Source: Enterococcus sp. HY326
Lineage (GTDB): Bacteria > Bacillota > Bacilli > Lactobacillales > Enterococcaceae
Length of the DNA: 24,000 nucleotides
Reading direction: 5' to 3'
NCBI RefSeq assembly: GCF_026157065.1
Contig: NZ_JANLGQ010000006.1
Span: forward strand, 229,925 to 253,924
In this document: positions 1 through 7,902 of the stretch, one piece after another
Position numbering within the stretch: the stretch's first letter is position 1
How the letters are laid out: each line of letters begins with the position of its first letter
The notes under the pieces: model-generated
The model's database searches: none
What the model saw: the letters and a program-made list of their open reading frames with translations, nothing else
Told to the model about the DNA's origin: nothing
Made by a program: the position numbers and the translations under genes

Positions 1-62
1 GAAGTCGACCTGCCCTCAGCTGTTTACAACCTAAAAGGGTAAAACTTTATTCAATTTTTATT

Positions 63-1109
63 TTACATTTCGTCTTCCATCGGAGTGGCTTTGACAAAAT
101 TGGCTCCTAACATGCCGGCAACAGAAGTTAAAACTAAGCCAACAACCATAGCAACAAAGGCCCAGATTGAAGCACTAGCCGTTGCATCAGTGGCATCGTC
201 GGCTGTTTCCCGGACTTCTTGAATCGCATCATCTAAATCATCACGAGCTTGCGCTAGACCATCACGGGCATTTTCAATTTGGGTTTGGGCTTCTTCACTG
301 GCGGTATTCAAAGCCGTCACGATGTTTTCGGTCGCTTCTTGAGCTTCCTGCTCCGTTAAAGAAGTATTAGCAGAGACCGCATTAGCAATGGCATCTTCAT
401 CAATGGCGTCGCCAATAGTCATGGCCCGCTCCTCTAAATCAGCTGACAAGTCATCAATAATTTGATCTGAATTATTTGGATTGGTTAACAATTCACGCCC
501 GGCATCCGTAATTTGGGTAGTTGCTTCTGCCAATTCATTTCGTAAATAATCTGGTTGCAATTCAGGAATATCCGTATCCGTTAAGACGGCTTCCACATCT
601 GTTTGCAATGCGTCTACGTCAACTGAATCGATATTATTTGCGACTTCATCAAAGCCATCTGAGATAACATCGCCGGCAGTTGAGGCTACGTTGCCGACGC
701 CATCTGTCACCGCTCCGGTAATATTTCCAAATAAAGAGCCAACTGCTGAAAAAACACCGACTGTCAGATATGACAGCATTAAAACTAAAACAAAAGCGCT
801 GGCTGCCCACGATAAAAATCCATGGAGCAGGCCGACCCGCCGTGCTGCCATCCCAGCAACAAAACCGCCGCCAAAGAAAGATAAGATTAAAGTAATCGCC
901 GTCCAAATTAATACGCCGGTTCCTACGCCGTCAAGGGGATTTGCGGCCGTTGGGTCAGTCATACCAAACCCGATAGCAGAGCTGATTAATGATAAGGTGA
1001 AAAATAAAGCAAAGAATGTCACAACACCTGCAAAAATTGCTCCCCAAGAAATATTGTAGCCGGCCTCTCTTTCGCCTGCGTCTAAGTAGGATTTAAATCC
1101 TTTATTCAT
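63..1109 (-). CDS. Membrane protein of unknown function (polytopic N-terminal domain, long acidic low-complexity segment, C-terminal TM anchor)
   Basis: ORF 63..1127. I place the start at ATG 1109 (MNKGFKSY...) because the TTG at 1127 lies within the Shine-Dalgarno sequence (minus-strand reading ttGGGAGGtacatttgttATG). There are about 4 hydrophobic helices in residues ~25-135 with GGGFVAG-type glycine motifs, then ~190 residues rich in D/E/A/T, then a final hydrophobic helix (IWAFVAMVVGLVLTSVAGMLGANF). I recognise no catalytic motif. Confidence 0.7.
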   Translation of the reverse strand: MNKGFKSYLDAGEREAGYNISWGAIFAGVVTFFALFFTLSLISSAIGFGMTDPTAANPLDGVGTGVLIWTAITLILSFFGGGFVAGMAARRVGLLHGFLSWAASAFVLVLMLSYLTVGVFSAVGSLFGNITGAVTDGVGNVASTAGDVISDGFDEVANNIDSVDVDALQTDVEAVLTDTDIPELQPDYLRNELAEATTQITDAGRELLTNPNNSDQIIDDLSADLEERAMTIGDAIDEDAIANAVSANTSLTEQEAQEATENIVTALNTASEEAQTQIENARDGLAQARDDLDDAIQEVRETADDATDATASASIWAFVAMVVGLVLTSVAGMLGANFVKATPMEDEM

Positions 1110-1428
1110 AACAAATGTACCTCCCAATAAATTTTAGTAACAGCCTTACTCTAACAAGCGAACTGTTTTTTTATCAATAAATAAAGCTAACTGACAAGTT
1201 TACAAGGATTGTTAGATTTCGGCGTTAGAAATTTGAAATATAATTAAATAAAGGTCGTTATATCAGTATTTTTAACAGTTGTTAAGCTGGGATGGCAATT
1301 ATTTCAAAGCGATTTCAGGCGAGCTTGTCAGGAGCGGTTGGCACAAATGAAAATCCATCTAAACGCTATTTATTCAAGGGTTTAAGAAGTTTTTATTTGT
1401 TAAAAGAAAACGTCTCTTCATAATTTTC

Positions 1429-1460
1429 AAAAAAAATCCGCTCCTTGACGAAAAGCGGAT
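1429..1460 (-). terminator. Rho-independent terminator-like hairpin readable on the minus strand, with no annotated gene upstream of it
   Basis: Plus strand: aaaaaaaa-ATCCGCT-ccttgacgaaa-AGCGGAT. On the minus strand this is a 7-bp stem followed directly by eight T. No minus-strand ORF lies to its right before the T-box promoter. Confidence 0.4.
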
Positions 1461-1652
1461 CACCCACAAAATAATTTTTTTTAAACTGAACAGTGTCTTA
1501 AAAAAATAGCTAAAAACAAACAGTAAAGGGAAAAATTTTACGGATTAAAAGCAGCAACGTTTTTTCAAAATATATTATAGAAGGAAAAGGGACGGCAGCT
1601 GGAAATTTTAGGCAAGATTAAAATTAAATGAAAAAAACTTTTGCAAAAGGTG

Positions 1653-1681
1653 TTGACTTCTCTTTATTTGTCCTGTATTCT
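1653..1681 (+). promoter_or_regulatory. Sigma-A type promoter for the T-box leaders and met operon
   Basis: TTGACT (1653-1658), 17-nt spacer, TATTCT (1676-1681), about 20 nt upstream of the first T-box stem I. Confidence 0.5.
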
Positions 1682-1699
1682 AATCCCAAGTTAATAATT

Positions 1700-1968
1700 A
1701 CTTGCTCCGTTGAAGAGGAAAGTACTTTTGGGAAACTTTTAGAGAGATGCTGGTTGGTGAAAAGCATCAGTGAAACAAAAGGAAAAATGGCCTTTGAGGA
1801 GGATTGTCGATAGGTAGGCAGTCACGGTCCGCTAGTCCGATATCATTAGCACCATTCTTATAAGCAAACTTATAACGATGGATCTGAGGGAATTTTATTC
1901 CGAACAAAAGGTGGTAACACGCATCGTCGTCCTTTTACTAGAGTTAATCTGGTAAAGGGACTTTTTTT
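1700..1968 (+). promoter_or_regulatory. T-box riboswitch leader 1 (probable Met specifier) with intrinsic terminator
   Basis: Stem I base tgaagaggaaAGTA (K-turn-like), AGAGAG plus GGTTGGTGAAA distal elements, candidate specifier gaaaaATGg (ATG 1787-1789). T-box sequence aaaaGGTGGTAACACGC (1907-1923). Terminator arms 1929-1940 and 1950-1961 followed by TTTTTTT (1962-1968). Confidence 0.8.
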
Positions 1969-1980
1969 ATAGCTAAAATT

Positions 1981-2266
1981 GCAGTGAATTGATAAGTAAT
2001 AGAGCAACTCTTTTGACAGAGAGCCTTGGTAGCTGAAAAAAGGCAGAGAGAAACTTTATGAAAATGGTCAAGGAGCAATTCGTCTCAAGTAGCAAAGTAT
2101 TTTAACAAATGCTGTGAGGTGGCGACGGGAGCAACCGTTATATTGCTAGAGTATGGAAGTACTTGAAGAGGGTTTATGCCAGAGCATAAACTAAACTGAG
2201 GTGGTAACACGCAATCGCGTCCTCATACAGCTGTCATTTTTTGACGGCTGTGTGGGGACTTTTTTA
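1981..2266 (+). promoter_or_regulatory. T-box riboswitch leader 2 (probable Met specifier) with intrinsic terminator
   Basis: Second full copy of the architecture: ttgataAGTAatagag, gacAGAGAGccttGGTAGCTGAAA, candidate specifier gaaaATGg (ATG 2064-2066). T-box sequence ctgaGGTGGTAACACGC (2197-2213). Long terminator with arms 2219-2236 and 2243-2259 (several G-U pairs) followed by TTTTTTATTT. It ends 22 nt before the metN start. Confidence 0.8.
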
Positions 2267-2287
2267 TTTGGCAAAGGAGCGGGAAAA

Positions 2288-3370
2288 ATGATTGAACTGA
2301 AAAATATTGATGTGACATTTAAAGAGAAAAAACAGGAAATTGCCGCAGTCAGAGAGGTCAACCTGACGATTGAAGACGGCGACGTTTACGGAATTGTCGG
2401 CTATTCCGGTGCTGGCAAAAGCACCTTAGTTCGCGTAATTAATCTGCTGCAGCGGCCCACCAATGGAGAAGTTTTGATTAATCAGGTCAATCTGACAAAG
2501 CTGAACCAAAAGGAATTACGGCAGGCCCGCAAGAAAATCGGCATGATTTTCCAGCACTTTAATTTGATGCAGGCCCGCACGATTTTTGACAACGTGGATT
2601 TTTCTTTGCGCTATTCAAAATTGAATAAACAGGAACGCCAAGCAAAAGTCACGCAGCTATTAGAGCTAGTCGGGATTGCCGACAAAGCTCAAGCGTACCC
2701 CAGTCAATTATCCGGCGGGCAAAAGCAGCGGGTGGCGATTGCCAGAGCGTTGGCCAATGATCCGGAAATTCTTTTATGTGATGAGGCCACTAGCGCTTTA
2801 GACCCAAAAACAACATTGCAAATCTTAGAGCTGTTGAAAAAATTAAACAAAGAGCTGGGACTGACGATTGTCTTAATTACCCATGAGATGCAAGTCGTCA
2901 AAGAAATTTGCAATAAAGTGGCGGTAATGGAGGCGGGTTTAATCATTGAAAAGGGCAGTGCAATTGACGTGTTCAGTGCACCACAGGAACCCTTGACCAA
3001 GGATTTTATTCGGACGGCAACCCACGTCGATCAAGCGTTGGCAACGATTTTGGAACATCCGAAATTTTCCGCTTTGCAGCCTAATGAATGGCTGGTGGAG
3101 CTGGCTTATGTGGGAGATGAAACTAACGAGCCGCTGATTGCTTCGCTGTACAGTCGCTATCAAGTATCTACCAATATTCTATACGGCAATGTTGAAATTA
3201 TTCAAGAAACGCCGCTGGGCAGTTTGATTGTCACGCTGCAAGGGGGCTTACAGCAACGACAGCAGGCGCTAAATTATTTAGCTGAGCAGGGTGTGCGGAC
3301 GCAAGTCTTGAAAAAAGAAAATGTCGCCGCAACAAATGTTTATGTATTAGAAGGGAGTAATCAGCGATGA
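2288..3370 (+). CDS. metN: Methionine ABC transporter ATP-binding protein (MetN family, C-terminal NIL domain)
   Basis: Start set at ATG 2288 ([11 protein letters not shown]) after AAAGGAG. The ORF-track start at 2201 reads through the T-box terminator. Walker [10 protein letters not shown], signature LSGGQKQR, Walker [12 protein letters not shown], ~100-aa C-terminal extension typical of MetN. The stop overlaps the next start (ATGA at 3367). Confidence 0.9.
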   Translation: MIELKNIDVTFKEKKQEIAAVREVNLTIEDGDVYGIVGYSGAGKSTLVRVINLLQRPTNGEVLINQVNLTKLNQKELRQARKKIGMIFQHFNLMQARTIFDNVDFSLRYSKLNKQERQAKVTQLLELVGIADKAQAYPSQLSGGQKQRVAIARALANDPEILLCDEATSALDPKTTLQILELLKKLNKELGLTIVLITHEMQVVKEICNKVAVMEAGLIIEKGSAIDVFSAPQEPLTKDFIRTATHVDQALATILEHPKFSALQPNEWLVELAYVGDETNEPLIASLYSRYQVSTNILYGNVEIIQETPLGSLIVTLQGGLQQRQQALNYLAEQGVRTQVLKKENVAATNVYVLEGSNQR

Positions 3371-4053
3371 ACGTATCAGAACTTTTAGAAAAATGGCTGC
3401 CGAATGTGGTTGCCTATCCCGCCGATTTTATTGAAGCGACTTGGCAGACCTTGTACATGGTCTTTTGGACGGCCTTAATCGCTGGGATTTTAGGCATTAT
3501 TGTTGGCGTCTTTCTAGTGGTAATTCGCCCCGGCGGTATTTTAGAAAACCGCTACGTTTATCAGCTTTTTGATAAAGTCATCAATGTGGTGCGCTCGATT
3601 CCCTTTATTATTTTATTAACTTTATTAGCAGTCGTAACTCGTTTTATCGTGGGGACGACGATTGGTGCACAGGCGGCTTTAGTTCCGCTGATTATCGGCG
3701 TAATTCCCTTTTTCGCCCGCCAAGTTGAAAATGCTCTCTTAGAAGTTGACCACGGTGTGATAGAAGCGGCCCAAGCGATGGGGACGAGTAATATCGGCAT
3801 TATTTTACGTGTCTATCTGGTGGAGGGGCTGCCGGGGATTGTCCGGGCATCGGCTTTGACGATTATCAATGTGATTGGCTTAACGGCGATGGCAGGAGCG
3901 GTTGGTGCTGGTGGCTTGGGCAATCTGGCCATCACCCGTGGCTATAATCGGTTTCAAACAGATGTCACGATTGTTGCGACCTTATTGATTTTAATCTTAG
4001 TCTTTATCAGCCAGTTTATCAGTAATTTAATTATTAAAAGAGTAACCCATTAA
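3367..4053 (+). CDS. metP: Methionine ABC transporter permease
   Basis: 228 aa, about 5 TM helices, EAA loop ([26 protein letters not shown]). Translationally coupled to metN. Confidence 0.9.
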   Translation: MNVSELLEKWLPNVVAYPADFIEATWQTLYMVFWTALIAGILGIIVGVFLVVIRPGGILENRYVYQLFDKVINVVRSIPFIILLTLLAVVTRFIVGTTIGAQAALVPLIIGVIPFFARQVENALLEVDHGVIEAAQAMGTSNIGIILRVYLVEGLPGIVRASALTIINVIGLTAMAGAVGAGGLGNLAITRGYNRFQTDVTIVATLLILILVFISQFISNLIIKRVTH

Positions 4054-4088
4054 AAAAATAGCAAACAACCATTTGGAGGAAATTATTT

Positions 4089-4931
4089 ATGAAAAAATTA
4101 GTTGCAGGTTTATTTATCGGATTAGCAGGATTGACTTTGGCGGCGTGCTCTACTAGCTCCGCTTCACCATCAGAAAGCTCTAGCGATGAGGCAGTAACCG
4201 TGAAATTAGGGGTTGTCGGGGACAATACAGATGTCTGGGACAGCGTCAGTGAACGCTTGGCCGATGAAGGTATCAATATCGAATATGTAAAATTTACTGA
4301 TTACACACAGCCAAATGTCGCTTTAAGTGATGGTTCAATTGATTTGAACTCCTTCCAGACAGAAATTTTCTTAGATGCCTATAATGAAGAATCCGGCGAT
4401 GATTTGACGCCAATCGGCTTGACGGTGATTGCACCACTTGGAATTTATTCAGACAAGGTGACAGACGTAAAAGATTTAACTGAAGGGGCGACCATCGCGA
4501 TTCCGAATGATACAACGAACGGTGGCAGAGCATTATTATTATTGGAAACAGCCGGCTTGATTGAAGTGGATGATGCCGCCGGTTCAACGCCGACACCGTC
4601 TGACATCACAGACAATCCGTTGAATTTAAATATCGAAGAAGTGGATGCTTCCCAAACCGCTCGTTCGTTGCAAGATGTGGATGCATCAGTTATCAATAGC
4701 GGCATGGCTGTGGATGCTGGCTTTACACCGAGTGAAGATGCGATTTTCTTAGAGCCAGTTAGCGATACTTCTCGACCTTATGTCAATGTGATTGTGGCCC
4801 GCAGTGAAGATGTCGACAATGAAACTTATAAAAAAATTGTTGCAGCTTACCAAACTGAAGCAACTGAAAAAGTGATTGATGATACTTCTAAGGGTTCATC
4901 GATTGCCGCTTGGAATGATTTTGAATTATAG
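4089..4931 (+). CDS. metQ: Methionine-binding lipoprotein (MetQ/NlpA family)
   Basis: Signal peptide with lipobox LTLAAC, Ser-rich linker, 280 aa. RBS GGAGGA upstream. Position after metN-metP under Met T-box control. Confidence 0.85.
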   Translation: MKKLVAGLFIGLAGLTLAACSTSSASPSESSSDEAVTVKLGVVGDNTDVWDSVSERLADEGINIEYVKFTDYTQPNVALSDGSIDLNSFQTEIFLDAYNEESGDDLTPIGLTVIAPLGIYSDKVTDVKDLTEGATIAIPNDTTNGGRALLLLETAGLIEVDDAAGSTPTPSDITDNPLNLNIEEVDASQTARSLQDVDASVINSGMAVDAGFTPSEDAIFLEPVSDTSRPYVNVIVARSEDVDNETYKKIVAAYQTEATEKVIDDTSKGSSIAAWNDFEL

Positions 4932-4958
4932 AATAAGGAAATAAAGGAGTAATTGGTT

Positions 4959-5705
4959 ATGGCGAAAGTTTTAACAGCTTTAGAGGTTTTGAAAAAGCAT
5001 AGATGGTTAGATTTAACTCATGAAGTAAATAATTCAATCCCTTATTTTCAAGCTTTTCAGCCACTTGCTGAACGAACCCTATTCACGGTTGAAGGGGACG
5101 GCTTTTTAGCCAAAGAATATAAAATTGTCAGTCAATACGGCACACACATTGATGCACCTGTTCATTTTGCAAGTGGCAAGCGAATCTTGACAGATTTATC
5201 GCTAAAAGAACTTTTTCTACCATTGTATGTGATTCATAAGGAAGCCGAGGTTGCAGAAAATCCTGATTATTCAATTTCGGTTGCCGATATTTTAGAATTT
5301 GAAGCGGCCTACGGAAAAATTCCTGCGGATAGCTTTGTGGCCTTTGCCAGCGGTTGGTCACAGCGTTGGGATAAAGCAGCTGATTTTTATAATTTGGATG
5401 AAACAGGAATTTCCCACACGCCAGGTTGGTCGCTAGCAGCTTTAAAATTCTTACATGAAGAACGGAACATTACAGCAATTGGCCACGAAACTTTAGATAC
5501 CGATGCTGGAGCAGACTATGCTAAAAATAAAGGCTTGGTCGCTGAATTGTATTGGCTCTCACAAAATAAATATCAAGTGGAAGTCTTGAATAATTTAAAA
5601 GAGCTACCAGCAGTTGGCGCTATTATCCAAATCGGTGTACCTAAAATTGCTGAAGCGCCTGGCTTTACCGTACGAGCAGTAGCCATTTTACCTGAATTAG
5701 CTTAA
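4959..5705 (+). CDS. Cyclase-family protein / arylformamidase (kynurenine formamidase)-like hydrolase
   Basis: Start at ATG 4959 (MAKVLTALE), 9 nt after AAGGAG. HxDxPxH metal motif present (GTHIDAPVHF). ~248 aa, typical of the putative-cyclase/formamidase fold. Confidence 0.7.
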   Translation: MAKVLTALEVLKKHRWLDLTHEVNNSIPYFQAFQPLAERTLFTVEGDGFLAKEYKIVSQYGTHIDAPVHFASGKRILTDLSLKELFLPLYVIHKEAEVAENPDYSISVADILEFEAAYGKIPADSFVAFASGWSQRWDKAADFYNLDETGISHTPGWSLAALKFLHEERNITAIGHETLDTDAGADYAKNKGLVAELYWLSQNKYQVEVLNNLKELPAVGAIIQIGVPKIAEAPGFTVRAVAILPELA

Positions 5706-5754
5706 ATAGAACTAGCATAACACAATTGAAAATAAAAATACCGGAGGAATTTCC

Positions 5755-6957
5755 ATGACTTATAAAGAACAATTTGAAACATTTATCGCAGAACGCTTAC
5801 CAGAGTACCAAGCCTTAGCCTTAGATATCCATGATCATCCAGAAGTCAGCAATTATGAATTTTATTCTTCAGACGTTTTGATTGACCGTCTGAAAAAAGA
5901 AGGCTTTACAGTAGAAAAAGATGTTGCCGGTCACCGGACGGGCTTTGATGCCCGCTATCAATCCGGAAAGGCTGGTCCGACGATTGCCTTTTTAGCTGAA
6001 TACGACGCATTGCCAGGCATTGGCCATGCCTGTGGTCACAATTTATTTGGAACCACTTCGATTTTGGCGGCCAGCGCATTGAAACAAATTATCGATGAAA
6101 TTGGCGGTGAAATCCGCGTTTACGGAACACCAGGCGAAGAAGGCGGCGAAAATGGTTCAGCGAAGGGGAGCTTTGTGCGGGAAGGTTTCTTTGAGGATGT
6201 CGATGCGGCAGTGTGCTGCCATCCGGGCCATCGCTATAGCTTGACGAGTCCCGGCTTAGCTAATGACCCGGTGGATATTAAATTTTACGGGCGGGCCTCA
6301 CACGCGGCGGCGGCTCCGGAAAAAGGAATTAATGCTTTAGATGCCGTGATTCAAGTTTATAACAGCATTAATGCTTTGCGGGAGCATTTGCCAAGCGATG
6401 TGCGGATTCACGGTATTATCACCGATGGCGGTGTTGCAGCGAATGTCGTGCCGGAATTTGCCTCAGCTCGTTTTTATCTGCGGGCTTTAAAACGGAACAC
6501 CTTAAATGAAGTTTATCAAAAGGTCGAAAATATTGTGAAGGGAGCTGCCTTGGCCACCGGAACAACCTATGAATTTGGGTTATTCCAAAATTCTGTCGAT
6601 GATATCGTCGTGACACCAGCCTTTGACGCAGTGTTTTTAAAACACCTGCGGGATTTAGGCACTTCTGAGGAGGAAATTGCCACGAAGAAACCGGATGCTT
6701 TAGGTTCATCAGATGTGGGAAATGTCAGCCAAGTGATTCCAACGATTCAACCTTTAGTCTCCATTTCGGATGACTACATTGCCGGTCACAGCATTGAATT
6801 TAAAGCGGCGGCCCGCAGTGAAAAAGGACTAGCCTCCATCGGCATCGGCGCTGAATTATTGGCCCTCACAGCACTGGATTTGATTTTGCAACCAGAGCTG
6901 CTGGCGCAAATTAAAGCACAGCACCAAGCGGCAATTCAAACGGAAGTTTTAGTTTAA
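5755..6957 (+). CDS. M20-family amidohydrolase (N-acyl-amino-acid amidohydrolase / AbgB-like)
   Basis: 400 aa, RBS GGAGGA 6 nt upstream. HACGHNL motif and GTPGEEGGENG block typical of M20D-type amidohydrolases. Last gene before a strong terminator. Confidence 0.75.
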   Translation: MTYKEQFETFIAERLPEYQALALDIHDHPEVSNYEFYSSDVLIDRLKKEGFTVEKDVAGHRTGFDARYQSGKAGPTIAFLAEYDALPGIGHACGHNLFGTTSILAASALKQIIDEIGGEIRVYGTPGEEGGENGSAKGSFVREGFFEDVDAAVCCHPGHRYSLTSPGLANDPVDIKFYGRASHAAAAPEKGINALDAVIQVYNSINALREHLPSDVRIHGIITDGGVAANVVPEFASARFYLRALKRNTLNEVYQKVENIVKGAALATGTTYEFGLFQNSVDDIVVTPAFDAVFLKHLRDLGTSEEEIATKKPDALGSSDVGNVSQVIPTIQPLVSISDDYIAGHSIEFKAAARSEKGLASIGIGAELLALTALDLILQPELLAQIKAQHQAAIQTEVLV

Positions 6958-6965
6958 TAAAATAC

Positions 6966-7014
6966 GACCTCTTTAGGCTAAAGATTCTAGCTTAAAGAGG
7001 TCGCATTTTGTTTT
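6966..7014. terminator. Intrinsic terminator between the convergent met operon and PTS operon
   Basis: GACCTCTTTAg...CTTAAAGAGGTC hairpin (6966-7002) followed by gcATTTTGTTTT. On the minus strand the same stem is followed by gtatttta, so it may serve both convergent operons. Confidence 0.75.
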
Positions 7015-7095
7015 GAGGCAGACAAAGCAAGTCTGACTGTTTAATTTTATTTCAGCTGCCAATCAAAATTGGCAAATAGTCATTTTTTGCGGTGC

Positions 7096-7416
7096 TTATT
7101 CCACATCGATTTTGCGGTACAAGTCGATGATTTCCTTAGCCAAGTCAGTAAAAGCAATCGCTGTCATCAAGTGGTCTTGTGAGTGAACAGTTAATAACGT
7201 CACTTCCATGTGATTGCCTTGTGCTTCTTCAGTTAACATATTGGTTTGAGAATGGTGAGCTTGCACTAAAGATTGCTCAGCATCGACGATTTTTTGGTCA
7301 GCTAATTCAAAGTTGCCTTCTTTGGCTGCTTGAATGGCTTCCATGGCATCGCTTTTAGCATTGCCTCCGTACATAATTAAGCCCATGATTGCTTCTAAAT
7401 TTTGTTGATCTTCCAT
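7096..7416 (-). CDS. PTS lactose/cellobiose-family EIIA component
   Basis: Start set at ATG 7416 (MEDQQNLEAI), since the TTG at 7431 sits inside the GGAGGG RBS. ~106 aa three-helix-type IIA with the phosphorylatable His context LLTVHSQDHLM. Confidence 0.9.
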   Translation of the reverse strand: MEDQQNLEAIMGLIMYGGNAKSDAMEAIQAAKEGNFELADQKIVDAEQSLVQAHHSQTNMLTEEAQGNHMEVTLLTVHSQDHLMTAIAFTDLAKEIIDLYRKIDVE

Positions 7417-7437
7417 CGTTGTTCCCTCCAAATTTTG

Positions 7438-7755
7438 TTATTTCATTAAACTTTCAGCTTGGTCTAACACTTTTTCGCCATTCATCATGCCGTAATCAGA
7501 CATGTTGATAACGTCCAAAGGAATGCCCAATGGTGCTAATTTATCAGCGAACTGATTTTTCATAAAGCGAACTTGCGGGCCTAAAAGCAAGACATCAATA
7601 TTTTTGCTTTCGATATTATTGTCCGCTTCAGAAGCAGACACTGCAAAAATATCTGCATCCATGCCGCGTTCATCCGCCGCTTTTTGCATTTTTGTTACCA
7701 GTAAACTTGTGCTCATGCCGGCTGAACAAACCAGCATAATTGTTTTTTTAGCCAT
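7438..7755 (-). CDS. PTS lactose/cellobiose-family EIIB component
   Basis: Start set at ATG 7755 (MAKKTIMLVCSAGMSTSLL) after AAGGAG. The ORF-track N-terminal extension has no support. Active-site Cys in LVCSAGMSTS. Confidence 0.9.
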   Translation of the reverse strand: MAKKTIMLVCSAGMSTSLLVTKMQKAADERGMDADIFAVSASEADNNIESKNIDVLLLGPQVRFMKNQFADKLAPLGIPLDVINMSDYGMMNGEKVLDQAESLMK

Positions 7756-7788
7756 TGTTATCACTCCTTGTATTTTTGATACCTTCTT

Positions 7789-7817
7789 ATCATAATCTAA
7801 TCTAAGCAGAAAATCAA
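7789..7817 (-). promoter_or_regulatory. Candidate internal sigma-A promoter driving EIIB-EIIA
   Basis: Minus strand reads TTGATT (7817-7812), 17 nt, TATGAT (7794-7789). It lies in the only sizeable gap (147 nt) of the operon, ~35 nt upstream of the EIIB start. Confidence 0.45.
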
Positions 7818-7902
7818 AGCCGCTTTTTGAAAAGTTTTTCCAGATAGCTAGGTCAACAATCCAGATAAAAGATTTCAAAGAGGCGGCTAGTTTTTTTAGT
7901 TG

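Noticed and set aside
182-1059. Three ORFs (182..370 +, 649..906 -, 691..1059 +) overlapping the membrane-protein gene
   Set aside because: These are shadow or alternate-frame ORFs inside a longer, well-supported CDS. They have biased Pro/Arg/Lys-rich composition and no RBS.
1628-1813. 61-aa plus-strand ORF (MKKTFAKGVDFSLF...)
   Set aside because: It lies entirely over the met promoter and stem I of the first T-box leader and has no RBS. It is best explained as a chance ORF in a structured RNA leader.
2201-2287. N-terminal extension of the metN ORF in the ORF track ([16 protein letters not shown]...)
   Set aside because: The GTG at 2201 lies in the T-box core GGTGGTAACACGC, and the extension reads through the terminator hairpin. 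ATG 2288 has a proper AAAGGAG RBS and gives the canonical MetN N-terminus.
7756-7878. 41-codon upstream extension of the EIIB ORF
   Set aside because: EIIB proteins start close to the MxKKILLVCxxGMSTS motif. ATG 7755 has an AAGGAG RBS, and the extension covers the candidate internal promoter.
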